NCBI GenBank assembly: GCA_951406725.2
Contig: OX597830.1
Span: forward strand, 73,656,001-73,720,000
Length of the DNA stretch: 64,000 bases
Origin: Octopus vulgaris
Taxonomy: Eukaryota
Reading direction: 5' to 3'
Made by a program: the position numbers and the translations under genes
Shown: positions 13,773-28,902 of the stretch, in pieces
Layout: every line of letters begins with the position of its first letter
How positions within the stretch are numbered: position 1 is the first letter of the stretch
The notes under the pieces: model-generated
Seen by the model: the letters and a program-made list of their open reading frames with translations, nothing else
Database searches by the model: none
What the model was told of the DNA's origin: nothing

Positions 13773-14304
13773 ACAATTAACTTATTTCATTTCATAATAA
13801 TTTTGATCGCCATGTTATTTCCCCTAATTTTCTTTTACTTTTGATTTTTTGAACGTATATGCATCCCCACCTAAATGTATGTTGTACGTATATTCGTGTG
13901 TATGTGTGAAAATTCTGCAACAATATTTAGATGGGGATGTCAAAAGCGAAATCAATCTCCTTGACGATTACACATGGTACTTCAGAAGCTATGAATCCAG
14001 CATTTATAAGGTTCTTTTCTAACATCTTGGCCATCAATATATTTTGATATAAATAAATATTGTAACATCTGAGATGTTTTCTTTTCAGTAGCATAAATTT
14101 TCGTGACTATTAACCTGTTTAGAGTGTATACATATACAATATATATATCTGCGCTGACAATTGCTGTTTTGCTTAAAAAGAATTATGGTTATTACACTTA
14201 GTTTAGAAATAAAGATGCTTCTTTCGAAGTCAATATAAAGTTATGTTCATTAAAGAATAAGAATTTTGATGATGAATGGAGAACTGTTCGAAAATTAATA
14301 CCTG

Positions 14305-14340
<36 letters not shown>

Positions 14341-14343
<3 letters not shown>

Positions 14344-14737
14344 TCTTTTTACTCTTTTACTTGTTTCAGTCATTTGACTGTAGCCATGCTGGAGCACCGC
14401 TTTTAGTCGAGCAAATCGACCCCGGGACTTATTCTTTGTAAGCCCAGTACTTATTCTATCGGTCTCTTTTGCCGAACCGCTAAGTGACGGGGACGTAAAA
14501 ACACCAGCATCGGTCGTCAAGCAATGCTAGGGGGACAAACACAGACACACAAACACATACACACACACATATACATACATATATATACATATACACGACA
14601 GGCTTCTTTCAGTTTCCGTCTACCAAATCCACTCACAAGGCATTGGTCGGCCCGAGGCTATAGCAGAAGACACTTGCCCAAGATGCCACGCAGTGGGACT
14701 GAACCCGGAACCATGTGGTTGGTAAGCAAGCTACTTA

Positions 14738-14744
<7 letters not shown>
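14341..14744 (-). mobile_element. SINE family A, near full length
   Basis: Highly similar to the reverse complement of 34352-34758; the 5' end merges into (CA)n. Confidence 0.9.
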
Positions 14745-14830
<86 letters not shown>

Positions 14831-15699
14831 ATTTTAAAATAAGAATGTTGTTAAAAGTAACTTCGAAGTTTCCGTCAGCTAAACCAACGTCCAACGATGT
14901 CTTACCTGGCCGAAATATAGAAGGGCATTGTCAATAACATTCTTGTTTAAGAATAATAAATGAGGCAGCACGGAATTTTGTCATTGAACAGGTCGCGGTC
15001 CCAAAGCGACGGAGCTTGTGTATTTCTTAAATGGCTTATAAACACCTTCCACGCTGCAATTGTTTTTGTTCGATCACACGATCTCAGAATAGGTCACTTC
15101 CTATGCAAGTACATCTCCGTAATAATAAATTTTGTATCCTACAAAAGTACAGAGTAACCCGCCAAATTAAGGTAATTTTTTTTATTGCTTTTATTGTAAA
15201 AGAACATATAAACACATACACACACACACACACTCACAGACACACAGATGCACACACACACACATTCACACACCTTATTTGATAAGATGATGGACAACTA
15301 CTCGCATAATCTCTTGCTCTCAAATAATGGAGAAGATTCAAGGAAAGCTCTGACAACCTCGTCTCATCTAATATGCTAATAAAAATCCCAAGAATCTGTG
15401 ATTGTTGGCGTAGCAGACCCACGTGCTATACAGCATAGAACAGTTAAAATAATGAAACACAAGAGATTAAGAAAATACATGTTGAGAAATAATTACATCA
15501 ACTCCAGTATATAACTGGTACTTATTGTTGACGACACAGGAACATGGGGATGAATACTCGAAAAGGAAACATGAAGGCTTGTAACTAAAATTACCGCAAT
15601 GAATTGTAATTAATACTTTATCGTTTCTGCTATCTACAAGCAATGACCTAAGAAGGGCCATTATCTGTAAGTAGTGCGTTGGTCCACATTACTCTATAA

Positions 15700-16170
15700 G
15701 GAGCATAAGGCTAGTTTCCCGGTTCCTCTGGCATTTGTGTTTCTCCCTAGATGGAACGTCGGGTGGAGTAGAACAACGTGAAACGTGAATTTTGCTCAAG
15801 AATACCACGCGTCGCTCCATCCAGGAATCGAAATCACAATCTTACGATCATGAGTCTGTAGAGCATACTCTAGTGAAATTCCTCTTACCTTTATTATATA
15901 TACATACATTGGAATGTAGCAGATAACAATTACCTTTGGACGCTATTTGGATCCCGTTGTGTCCACCAATCTGATTGGTTGCATATTAGCACGACAGAGT
16001 AAGAGACAAATTGCGCCAATACCAACCAATCAGAGTGGTGGACACAACAGGGTCAAAATAGCGGCCAATGGTTAGCTGTTGTCTGCAACGTTCGAATGTA
16101 TGTATATATAATAAAGGAGAAGAGAATTTCACTAGAGTGTGCACTACAAGTCCAACATTCTATCCATTAA
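15700..16170 (-). mobile_element. SINE family D copy interrupted by a MITE
   Basis: ccaggaatcgaaatcacaatcttacgatcatgagtc resembles the reverse complement of the 48363 head; the SINE resumes (agtccaacattct) after 16148. Confidence 0.55.
15857..16148. mobile_element. MITE with TGTAG...CTACA ends, long TIRs and 4-bp TSD (Ginger-like)
   Basis: ~125-bp imperfect inverted arms; AGTC at 15853-15856 and 16149-16152. Confidence 0.8.
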
Positions 16171-16559
16171 TACAGATTAAGTCTTAATCTGTATTAATGA
16201 TTAGGGTGTTGGACTTGTCTTCGAATTGTTCTGCATCTGTTTCGGTACATACCGTGCACGCACATATACGTGTAGGCATATGCACGTGTATATGTGTGTG
16301 TATGCGTGTATGTATGTATGTATGTATATATGTATGTATGTGTGAATGTGTGTAAGTATGCAAGGTATGTATACTGGCGTATACAGAGGTGATAATATAC
16401 ACAGATACACGTATATATGGGTGTGCATGTGTACATATACACAAAAATACGAGTTGTATATGTAGATATTGATATGTATAAACATCTGTATAAATATATA
16501 TACATACACGTTTAACATATACATATGTATACATCTTCACATATATATTTTCTTCTACT

Positions 16560-17280
16560 ACTAAGCACTGACCTGTCCAAACACCTAATCTATATTCCTA
16601 AATAATGCTTCTTTCCATACTTCTACCCCTCTCTCTGTCCGATCACTTAAACTCTATCACTACATAACTGACACTCCTTTACTTTTTATACCTCTCTCTC
16701 TCTATCACACCCATTCCTTCTATCTTTTTATACTCTAATACCTTTCTCTCTCTATCACTCTTATCTCCCCATCCCTACTTTCAAATTATCTTGACTGACC
16801 ACTAACTTGTACACTTTCCATTATTACCCATCTCCTTGTTTTTCTTTTTCCTTTTTTCTCTCTTTTCTCTCTTTTCTTTTTTCCTCTCTTCCTACTTTTG
16901 ATTTGACCTTACAAATACATTCCCTACCTTTAGGTCACTTTAAATAAAACCCTTGATTCAATAGCACTGTGTACAAACCCTATACTTGGAATGACCAATT
17001 TTAGATACTATTGGATTTTGCTCAAAAGGTATTGGAATCTTATATGCCTAAATAATGGATCTACAAATGCAATATCCCTGCATATCTCACACCTATTTTC
17101 ATTCCTCCACTTCACTCTCTATTTCGTATCTTATCTAAATTAACTATTGCTTAACCATTTTCTCACACCGTCTCCGATGAAATAATAGAATAAATATCCT
17201 GGAAACAGCTGTAAGACCTTCTATATATAAATGTTCTAAAATCTTCACAGCCTTGGCTTTTTATCTCATTTTGAAAAAAG
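16560..17280 (+). mobile_element. Penelope-like remnant: CT-rich tract ending in an HHR motif
   Basis: GTCT cCGATGA ... GAAAC agct GTA AGAC at 17170-17217 (stem I gtct/agac, palindromic stem III), preceded by a pyrimidine-rich tract. Confidence 0.55.
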
Positions 17281-17320
17281 ATTTTATATATATATATATG
17301 TATGTGTGTATGTGTGTATG

Positions 17321-17358
<38 letters not shown>

Positions 17359-17586
17359 TGCGTGTGTGTGTGGGTGTATGTATAAATATGTATATACATA
17401 TAATTTGTGTATGTATATTCTTTTATTCTTTTACTTGTTTCAGTCTTTTCCCTGTGGCTATGCTGGAACACCGCCATAGGGTACACACATATATATACAC
17501 ATTCATATACACACATATGCATACATTTTTATTTTATCTATATATGTACACACATGCAGACACATATATACATATATACATACATA

Positions 17587-17631
<45 letters not shown>

Positions 17632-17663
17632 CTCTCTCTATATATATATATATGGAGAGAAGG

Positions 17664-17696
<33 letters not shown>

Positions 17697-17939
17697 AAGA
17701 CAGAAAGAAAGAAAAAGAGAGAATGAGTACGTCAGTGAGAGAAGTCAGAGGAATGAAAATGCTAAAAGAATCGAACCGGACCTAATTTAAAACTTCAACT
17801 TTGTTGCGTGGCACCGTAAATTTCCTCCCCAAATCTAGTGCACTCTTACTCACTACACACACACACACACAAACACAAACACACGTTTATAAGCTCTCGT
17901 ATATAATGTGCTCGTATACTTTGCTACTGACCATTGCAT

Positions 17940-18229
17940 ACTGACCACTGGCACCACCAATACCACCAAATATACTGCCATCATCACCCATTACGACCAC
18001 AACCACTACTACCCATACCACACCAATACCACCACTACCACCACTACCACCACCACCATCACCACCATCAACAACAACACTACTACCACTTCCACAATAT
18101 CTCTACCACTAACAACCAACACGATCACCACCAACACCACTGCCACTACAAGCACCACCACCACCACAACCACCACAACACCAATAATATTAGCAGCAAC
18201 ATCTACTACTACAACTACTATTACTACTT

Positions 18230-18287
<58 letters not shown>

Positions 18288-18380
18288 GTTCGCCGCCAAC
18301 ACCAGCGCCGCCACCACAGTCAATAAGACTGCAGCAACCATCATCACCACCACACACTACCACCGTTACAAGCACTGATG
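17940..18380. repeat. (ACC)n/(ACT)n degenerate trinucleotide array
   Basis: Seen directly; gives spurious poly-Thr/His/Val ORFs. Confidence 0.9.
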
Positions 18381-18670
18381 TGCAAACCATCAGTAAAACT
18401 ACATACCACTAATACTATCACCTAAACTGCCTCAACCAACACCAACATCCCAACCATTACACCCTTACCCACGCTTTTACACTGCCAGGTTTCCAATGAT
18501 CTTGGAATCGATAAAGCTATTTCCGGTCACAGTGCCAACCGTTATTAACGAGGTCCACTCAAAGAGCGGAAGGTCCAGGGAATATTTTAAAACTGAAAAT
18601 TGTCCCCAGACCCCACCCCAAACTCATCGCGTACAACACCATTAAGAATATGCATAGACATACACACATA

Positions 18671-18706
<36 letters not shown>

Positions 18707-19108
18707 TGCATGTATGTATGTATGTATGTAAGTATGTATGTATGTATGTGTGTATGTATGTATGTATGTGCATACATATATGTGTGTTATATATATGCGT
18801 GGGTGTGTATGCATGTATGTATATGTACATATATGTGTGTATGTATATAAGTATGTATATATATATACATATATATATATATTTATATATACATATATCT
18901 ATATATATATATATGTATATATACTTATATGTATATATGTATGTATATATAAATATATGCATATATATGTATATATAAATATACGTATATATATATATAT
19001 CTATATATACATCTATATCTATATATATATAGATATTCATATATATATATGTATCTCTCTCTCTCTCTCTCTCTCTCTGTATATATATATATATATATAT
19101 AGATAGAT

Positions 19109-19140
<32 letters not shown>

Positions 19141-20132
19141 AACATGTGCATACACACACACGTACATATATATACACTATGTGTACTATTATATTTGTGT
19201 ATGTGTGTATGTATGTATGTGTGTGTGTGTGTGTGTGTGAACATCCGCATAAATATATACACACATACATACCATACCCGCTTACACCAACACATACACA
19301 TTTAATGGTTGTGGATTAGTTTTACCATATTTACCCTCCACTTTACTCATTTACATTTTAACGTGCCAAAGGTGAGAGCCTACAATTTATTCCTTCCGAG
19401 GCTTCAGCAGTAACGCTATAGTACCGTTAATATATGCACTTTGTGTTTGGAGATACACATGCGATATGCGCTCAAAGCGTGATGCACACGCGTACACAAG
19501 ATATATGCAAATTTATGTCTTTCTGTTTATGTATGTCGTTTTGCGCATGTGCAGTTAAGTTGTGCGAATAGAATGTATGGGAAAATGTTTACGTTTTTAG
19601 ATTCTTTAGTTGACGCTTCTGTGAAAATTGCTCGATAAAATAGTAAATATACTTACATATCTCTGTGTATGAATCATTGTATATGTGAACATAATTTTTT
19701 ATAAAAGTTAAATAAATAAATAAATATGTGTATGTGTGCATACACACACACGAGTGCACATGCACTCGCACACACAATTTTTTAAGTTTCTGACAAATAA
19801 AAATACAAAAATATGTATATATTCATCTACTGAGTTCTATTTTTGAAGCATATTTTACAAAGCATATATTTTCTACAATATATACGCATACAACTACGTG
19901 CGCACACAAACACAAATGCACACACTCATATATACATGCACACACACATACACACACACACACACACACATATAGAAGACTAACCAAAGAAGTATATATG
20001 GTTTTAACGACTCATCAAAAACAGTAAATTTTAATTTTTAACTTATATTTCAAAAACAAACACTATTTTATAGTATTACTTCAAATTTTAAAAAACTACC
20101 ATTCGATATGTTATACAAAATTCAAATTTTAT

Positions 20133-20222
20133 ATCTCTGAAGAGCAGAAGAGGTGTCTATAAATGCTTATCAATATAGGATTTCATTATAGAGACAGTAC
20201 CTCTGTGAAACGATCGTAAGAT
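20133..20222 (+). ncRNA. Hammerhead ribozyme motif with intact core and long stem II
   Basis: ATCT CTGAAGA gcaga...tctgt GAAAC gatc GTA AGAT. Confidence 0.75.
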
Positions 20223-20891
20223 GCTTTAAACACTTAATTCAAAACTTTTAAACTGTCATATACATTATATATTTATACTTATTCTTATTTACATATATTT
20301 TTATACATATTTATATTTTTAATACAACAATTATTTTACACACGTATGTACTTTTCTAAAGAATTTTCTAATATTGATTTCCTGATATTAATAATAATAT
20401 ATTATTAAATATATATATATATAAATGATCTAAGTGATATGATATATATATAAAAAATGTAATATATAAATAAATATCTGTAAATATAAACCATCCGATC
20501 TTCTGAGTACCTCATTTCTTCTAATATATATATATGTATATATATACACACACACAAACACATATATACGTGGTGGTGCGTATGTATGTATGTATGTATG
20601 TATGTATGTATGTATGTATGTATGTATAGAGATAGATAGATAGATATAGATATAGGTATGATCGTATCCACCCGACAGGTAAGCTACATAGATTCCAAGA
20701 CTTATGCTAATCATGTTAAACTCCCACCATCCCTGAGACACGTTAATAAATTGAAACGCCGTGTGCGTGTGTGTGTATATCTACCTACCTACCTACCTAC
20801 CTACATACCTACCTACCTACCTACCTACCTACCTACCTACCTACCTACCTACCTTCCTCTACCTACTTACCTACCTACCTACCTACCTACA

Positions 20892-20926
<35 letters not shown>

Positions 20927-21212
20927 TCATATATCTATATATATATATATATACACACACGCACACACACAGATGCACACACACGCACATATATACACAT
21001 GTATATGTTTGTATATGTTTAAATGTGTGTGTATATTATGGTGGTCAGGTATGTGTATTCATACCCTTGAGTATCCACTTGAAGCTCCACGGAATATATA
21101 CTGTATATCTGTTTGTGTATGCGGGCTTTTGTGTGCACAGGTGTTTATGTATTTGGTTGCTAGTATATATACATGTAAATATATAAATATAGATATATAT
21201 ATCTATACGTAT

Positions 21213-21616
21213 CTCTCTTTAACTCTCTTTTATTTGTTTCAGTCATTTGACTGCGGCCATGCTGGAGCACCGCCTTCTAGTCGAGTAAATCGACCCCAGG
21301 ACTTATTCTTTGTAAGCCTAGTACTTATTCTATCAGTCTCTTTTGCTGAACGACTAAGTTACGGGGACTTAAACACGCCAGCATCGGTTGTCAAGCAATG
21401 GTGGGGGGACAAACACAGACACACAAACATATACACACATACATATATATACATATATACGACGGGCTCCTTCCAGTTTCCGTCTACCTAATCCACTCAC
21501 AAGGCTTTGGTCGGCCCGAGGCTATAGTAGAAGACACTCGCCCAAGGTGCCACGCAGTGGGAATGAATCCGGAACCATGTGGTTGGTAAGCAAGCTACTT
21601 ACCACACAGCCACTCC
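21213..21616 (-). mobile_element. SINE family A, full length
   Basis: Colinear with the other A copies. Confidence 0.9.
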
Positions 21617-22486
21617 GTATATATGCATGATATAATGCCTGCTTTTATGGATTTATGCATATAGTCACGTAGTATGTATGTATGTACGCATGTACGCATG
21701 TATGCATGTATGTATGTATGTATGTATGTATGTATGTATGTATGTATGTATGTATGTATGTATGTATGTATATATGTATGTATGTATGTTTGTATGTATG
21801 TATGCTTGCGTGCTGAGTCAGCGTCGCATAAGTTATACTAACTTGCAAAAGGTTGTCTTATATTTTATTTGACGTTAGTCAATTGGTTTGTACTTATTCT
21901 TGTAGTGTTTTTTTTTTTTCTCTTAATAGACATACAAAATATTCTAACAATATAGTTAATACCCTCAAGTGTACTATTTTCTGTCAGGAAGATTCTTCTT
22001 GAAGTATATGATACGGTAAAGGTACGTTACCCTGAATTTCATTTTCTCAGGCGATATCACTGAGGCGGTATCCATAAGCAATGAAGTATATCCGAGGAGT
22101 GGTTATTGTACTAGTTTGTAAATAAACAAACAAACAAGCAAATCAATAAATAAATAAATGGAATGAAATAAACAAATAAATGGAATGAAATACGATAAAA
22201 ACTATTCAATCATTCTCACCGATCCTACTGTATTTATATAACCATTATCCTATGTTCTGAGCTGCTTACGTAACTCGAAGTCATAGTGCATCAAATGTAC
22301 ATTTTTTCTCTCTTTTTCTCTTCTTTTATTTTATTCCCCCCGCCCTTTATTAGGTTGATATATTGCAATAAGCGAGATACGAGACATCAATCACAGAGTA
22401 AGTTAACTCTTGTTATTCATCATCATCATCATCGTCATCATCAACATCACCATCATCAGCATCATTGTTATTATGATTGAGTAAGG

Positions 22487-22817
22487 CGTTAGCACGTCGG
22501 GCAAAATGATTACTGGCATTTCGTCCGTCTTTACGTTCTGAGTTCAAATTCCGCCGAGGTAGACTTCTCCTTTCATTCCTACGGGGTCGATAAAATAAGT
22601 ACCAGTTAAGCACTGAGATCGATGTAAATCGACGTACTTTTTTTAATCCGAACTTGCTGCTGGCCTTGTGCCAAAATTTGAAACCTTTATTATTAAAAGT
22701 GGTGGCGAATCGGCAGAATAATTTAGCAGGCTGATCAAATTTATTAGCGGCATTTCGTCCGTCTTTACGCCCTGAGTTCAAATTCCGGCGAGGCCAGCTT
22801 TGCTTTCCATCCTTTCG
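22487..22817 (+). mobile_element. Two tandem SINE family B copies (older tail variant)
   Basis: cgttagcacg...gagttcaaattccgccgagg...ggggtcgataaaataagtaccag with tail ggccttgtgccaaaatttgaaacc; second head at ~22699. Confidence 0.8.
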
Positions 22818-24865
22818 AACAAAATTTGCAATCGTTAGGTTACAAACGATTGAATCTATTGATTCAATTTTGCTTTTACTTTTAGATAATTTCACATCTC
22901 ACATGTACCACTTATTTCGTTATTTGATCTTTCAATATTAATTTCAACCTTTCTCCATTTCTCTTAACTTTCAGAGGGCTTATCTGGGTTTCTAAATGTT
23001 TTATTCACCCCTTCACAGTTCAAATATTATCTATCTATCTCTATAAAACAGTTCTTGGACGAAAATTGTATGCACACTTTTCTTTGACGGTTAATGGATC
23101 GAGCTGAAAATTGGCAGGGATACTAAATGCGTGGTGAGGATGAGACCCGTGGCTAGAGTAGAGGACACTTGCCCAAGGTGTCACATAAATATGGACCCTG
23201 TAGGAATGGTTGTCAAAAGTGGACCTCGGCAGGATTAGAACTAAGAACGTAGGGTGGAGCAATTAAATACTACCAAGGCATTTTGTCTGACATACTAACG
23301 ATTTTACTATGGAAAATGGATTTAATGGAAAAGATATAACGGATTATATTGAGCTTTAGAACGGAGTCTGGAAATACGAAAGGCAACTACTTGACACAAA
23401 TTAATTTTTCTGATCATCTTACCGGTTCTGTCAATCTACAGCTGTACTCTTTTCTGTAACCCTATGTTATCCGACGATAGATTTTAGTCTACGAGTGATA
23501 ATTGCATCTTCAACATTTCACAAAAAACAGAGATGACTATAATTAACAAAAGAGAGCGAGAATAAAAAAATAATCATTCTGTTTCTTTCTGACATCGTAA
23601 AATTACTTACATCGTCCCCCATCTCTTTATTTTCCTATAATATCTATGTTATTAGATTTAGTTTTCTCTCCTTACGATCTTTTTGATGTGTTTTTCTCTG
23701 TCAGCAATGTTGTTCTTGTATTCATAGCCAATTGTTTTACCGTTTCTCTCCTTCTGGTAGAACTTATATTTTTGCATAAATTGTTTGCGTCTCTTTGTAA
23801 ATCACAATATTTCGTTATGCTCTTGTAAAGAAAATGCCTGTGTAGATTTTCCTTGTAATTCCAATACTTCAGTTTTATTTCCAATTCCAACTTCATTTTG
23901 TGCTAGTTTTTATTTTTTTTCAAAGATATATTGTCGTTCATTGATAAAAGACATACATATCTTACCGTCTTTGACTTGAAAGATGCATAAATGAATTGGC
24001 CTACATTAGAGTATGATCCTTTTATCATTCTATGGGAGTTGCTAAGGCATATTATTATCTCCCCCAGTTTTTCCTGGGAAGTTTCGTTATGCCAACGTAT
24101 GTTATTTTCAACTCTGTAATGCCTATGTTCATACTAGAGTTAATAAATTCAAGTACCTGATATGAGCTTTTTTTTAACGCGAGCACCTTTCATTTAGTTT
24201 TTGTTACTGAGTTTAAACATTAGTCCTGTGCAACTGAAATCAAACCTGTTTCTTCTTAGGTTCCGGGTTTTTATGCTTTGAGTAACTTGTAGGCTTCGCT
24301 CTTGCTTACAGTGTATTGCCCGCATTGCAATATTTCTCTCCATTTTAACTTTTATATATTTCCGAATCTCGTTTAGATTTTGTCTTCTGTTTTTCTTTTT
24401 ACCATTTTCTTTTTATTCTTATTTATATATTTCTATTCGGTTTAGTTAGCATCCAATTTGCACTTAATATTTTTTTTTATTATAAACAACAAAATAAGAA
24501 AAAAAGCTCTTTTTTATTTTCTTTATGTTTCTTTACTACTCTTCTACATTTCCTATTGTTAGCCTCTAATTATCGTGCTACACCTACAGTGGGTATTTTG
24601 CAGTAGTTTTCTACCTGCTTCAGACTTCAATCCGTGTAAGGCAAAGCATTTCATATGAAAGTTATTTGCTCTATTTCAGATTTAGCGTTGTAGTTTTTAT
24701 CACAATGTATGTTTCATGTATTTTAGGCATAATTTTATGAATCTTAACAGTAAAATCCGTTGTAACTAAAATATCTGATATCACATTTACACAACGAAAG
24801 AGATTATGCAAAGAGATCATCATAAAATAGAAGATATCTATATTATCACATGCGCAACAGTACCT

Positions 24866-25088
24866 ATTTCTTTACTACCCACAAGGGGCTAAACATAGAG
24901 AGGACAAACAAGGACAGACAAACGGATTAAGTCGATTATATCGACCCCAGTGCGTAACTGGTACTTATGTAATCGACCCGAAAGGATGAAAGGCAAAGTC
25001 GACCTCAGCGGAATTTGAACACAGAACGTAACGGAAGACGAAATACGGCTACACATTTTGCCCGGCGTGCTAACGTTTCTGCCAGTTC
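24866..25088 (-). mobile_element. SINE family B with TSD
   Basis: Full B sequence; TSD gcgcaacagtacct (24852-24865) / gcgcaataatacct (25089-25102). Confidence 0.9.
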
Positions 25089-25647
25089 GCGCAATAATAC
25101 CTCAGCACGAAATATCTAGTACATCCTAAGTAGATTATATTCACATCTCAGTGTTTTTACTAAATAATTTCTTGTGAATTTGACCCGGGATTTCTTTGCT
25201 GGTTTTGGTTATAAGAGATGTATGAGAGATTTTGTAATCGTTGCTTGGTTCCAAGTTAGTTCTATTAAAAAAACAAACAAACAAAACCTCTCTATGGTAG
25301 CCGTTATATTTTAGACGGGAAAAATGAAATTGGAAATAAAATTACCCAATTCCTTGTATTTTAATTTTAAAACTATAGAGTGCGATTTTTTGAAAGAGGG
25401 TGGAGCTAATTTCCTGCTGATGTTAGTTGGCGGCCCACGAAGAAATTACTAAAACAGAAGCAGAGCAACTGTTAAATTGGTATTATTCCCTCCTCGAGTT
25501 TCGTTCTACAAAGAGGTATGGATGTATATATGTAAGCATGCAAACAGCTACGTATGTATGCATGAAGGTATGTATGAATACACATATATATATATATGCA
25601 TATATACGCATGTTTAATTATATATGTATATGTGTACAATTATGACT

Positions 25648-25970
25648 CCCTGAGGGTCCATTTAAGAATTGTTGGGGGGGTCCATGCAACAAAATAGTAC
25701 ACTGGGAATCTACAATAGTACTTTAAGGCCCCCTGAATAAATTTAGCTTTAGATATATGTATTGGTATGTATTGCAAGAAACAGCTCGGTTTCTTTCTAT
25801 AGCATTTGACATAGTTCAATCTACACAAGTTTATGTGTGAAAAACGAAATAGGAATTTTGTAAGAGGTTTCTATAAAACTAGTTTTTAAGCATCAAACAG
25901 TTATGGGAGTCCATCTGAATAAAATAATAATCAAAGGGGTCTACTGATAAGAAATGGTAGAGAACTCTTA
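25648..25970. mobile_element. Probable hAT-type MITE remnant
   Basis: Repeated gggtcca subterminal motifs; the right end atggtagagaactct resembles hAT MITE termini; left end not clear. Confidence 0.35.
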
Positions 25971-26313
25971 GCCCTTGGATGCAATTACAGAGTCAGGCTC
26001 TATATTATTACGAGTTAACATGTGACGTGTGAATTTCTTTATAATTTATTCATATTCATACACACAGGATAACTGCTTAACGTAAGATATACACGTCACC
26101 CACAATTGTTTTGGAATGAAACGAATGTGATAAGTTGTTGCCTGTTACTTATAGCATTTGTATAGCTATTCATATATATATATATATACTTATTTCCTGC
26201 TCACTCTCTACTGATTTCCTCTCCTTCATTTCTATCTTTCTACCCCGCTCTCCATTTACCTAATTCCCACTATTTCTATAAATTTTTCTCATTGTTGAAC
26301 TAATGAAGTAAAC

Positions 26314-26356
26314 ATTCCTAATGAGTTAACAATAATCCAGGTGAAAGTAGTTGAAT
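26314..26356 (+). ncRNA. Degenerate HHR motif
   Basis: ATTC CTaATGA ... GAAA gtag TT GAAT after a CT-rich tract; core mutated. Confidence 0.35.
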
Positions 26357-26548
26357 TCACTTCATTATTTCTGCAGAGGGAGCTCCATGTAGAGTGAGGG
26401 CTGAATATTTCTCTATTTCTTCATAAACATAAGCTTGTAAATGTATGTTTCTGAATATACGTGTTTACACACACACACACATTAAATCATGTACCGTTGT
26501 AGTTACGCATTCACCGACATCTGCATTTCTAAATAAATATTTTAGTGG

Positions 26549-26627
<79 letters not shown>

Positions 26628-26686
26628 ATATATATATATGCGTATATATATATGTATGAATATGTATATATTTAAATATATAGAGA

Positions 26687-26760
<74 letters not shown>

Positions 26761-27108
26761 GGATAAATATAGATATATAAGCAAGATATATGAGATTCAA
26801 ATGAATTAGGCACTTAAGTTGAGGCACCAAAAATTAGTGGGGCATTATCCGTACAATTTCAAAATGAGGTGAATAGAATTTTATTCAAATTATATATATA
26901 CATATATATATAAATTATAAATAAGTATAATATCGATATTTAAATATCGATATTATCAAGTGGCCAGCATGGGAAAAATACCGTACAAAGGTAATAATTT
27001 TAAAATCCTGGATCTTGAATTATTCAATAATATTTTTTGCTAGTCTATTTTGTCCATCTCTCTTATCTTAATGTACGATATGAACATTTAACGTGGTTTT
27101 TAAAGTCA

Positions 27109-27153
27109 GGGTTTTGACTGCTATTTCGGCATGGTGGTGTCTCTCAGACACCC
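27109..27153 (-). ncRNA. Degenerate HHR motif
   Basis: Minus strand: gggtgt CTGA-GA gacaccaccatgcc GAAA tagca GTC aaaaccc. Confidence 0.35.
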
Positions 27154-27403
27154 TTATTTTTAGTTGTACATATATGTAAATATTTTTATATTGTGTGTAT
27201 GTATCAATGTATTTATCGATGTACCTATCTATCAATATGTATGAAAGTACACATAGATGGATATATACGTACATACATACATACATACATACATACATAC
27301 ATACATACATACATACATACATACATACATACATACATACATAGAAGAGTGTGAGAGGAGATGGACAGAAAGTTAGATAGGCAGTGGGGAGCTAACACAA
27401 TGC

Positions 27404-27462
<59 letters not shown>

Positions 27463-27789
27463 GGAAGCGCTAGAGATATGAAGATGAAGACATAAGATAG
27501 AAACCATACAGACAGAAAACCCTAAAGTTTCTTAAAAGTAGGCGGGAGAAAGAGAGAGACATAGAGAAAGGGAGAGAGAGAGAGACAGACAGACAGAAAA
27601 AGTGAGAGAGGGAGAGAGACACAGGGAGAGAAGCAGGCAGACAGACAGAAAGACTATCAGAGAGGCAGAAATATGGAGAAAGTGTATAAAATATATTGGT
27701 AGAGTGTGTTTAAGAAGGTAATATGAATCAGGAATAAAGAGAGTGAGAGAAAGAGAGTGATATCTACATATAGAGAGGCATTGAAAATA

Positions 27790-27830
<41 letters not shown>

Positions 27831-28420
27831 AAAAGTCACAAAACGTGAGTGTTAGTGAGAGGAATACATCAAAATCTAACCAAATAGCAGTGGAGCGTTA
27901 CAGTTCCCTCCCTTGAACGTCATAACGCAATCATTCCGTTTATAACAATCGTGACAATCGCTTCACACCATCGGACAATTCCGTGCTTGCATTTCCAAAA
28001 TACATACAGATATATATACGTATATATATACGTAAATATATATACATATATCAATATATAGAAGGTAGATTTATATAACAATAATATTTATAATGCAATT
28101 ATACTCATAGATAATATTTTGATTTATAATAATTAGGTTAATGGCAGTTAGGTTAATTAGAAGTGTTGTTTAAGATTGACATAGAAATTTGATAATAATT
28201 TTTTAAGAATAACATTATTATATTTAATGCTAATATACGAAATCGTCTGTAGGAGTAACACAGATACAGCAACCGCATATATAATGATATTGCAACAGTA
28301 ACAAAAATAAATACAAAAATATAATAATGTAATAATAGGTTATACACATACAAATATTCATACACAAACATACACACATATACACACGCACTGACACAGC
28401 CGTACACGCTCTCTCGCACA

Positions 28421-28467
<47 letters not shown>

Positions 28468-28553
28468 TTATAAATGCATATAAGTTGATAAACAGGGAGA
28501 GAAATAAAAAGACAAGGTAGATAGAAAACTAGACCTATAAATAGATAGATAAG

Positions 28554-28620
<67 letters not shown>

Positions 28621-28902
28621 GAGCATCGAAGGATAAGTAGATAGATATATGACAGGTGTTTAGATATTGAAAGTACAATACTGACAGGTGCGTACATACA
28701 TATCTTCATGCACACATAAATATAACTAGATACACACAGACACAGACACACATTAATATAACCAGACAGACACAGACACACACACATACAGATATATACA
28801 TACGTACATATATATATATATATATATATATGTATATGTAAATACAAACACAGGCACATGTATCTGTATGCTAAAGGTAAATATTTATTTACAACAACGT
28901 AG

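Noticed and set aside
23560-24450. Lys-rich broken minus-strand frames (similar at 12430-13520), possibly ancient LINE coding relics
   Set aside because: No diagnostic motif could be read with confidence; BLASTx is needed.
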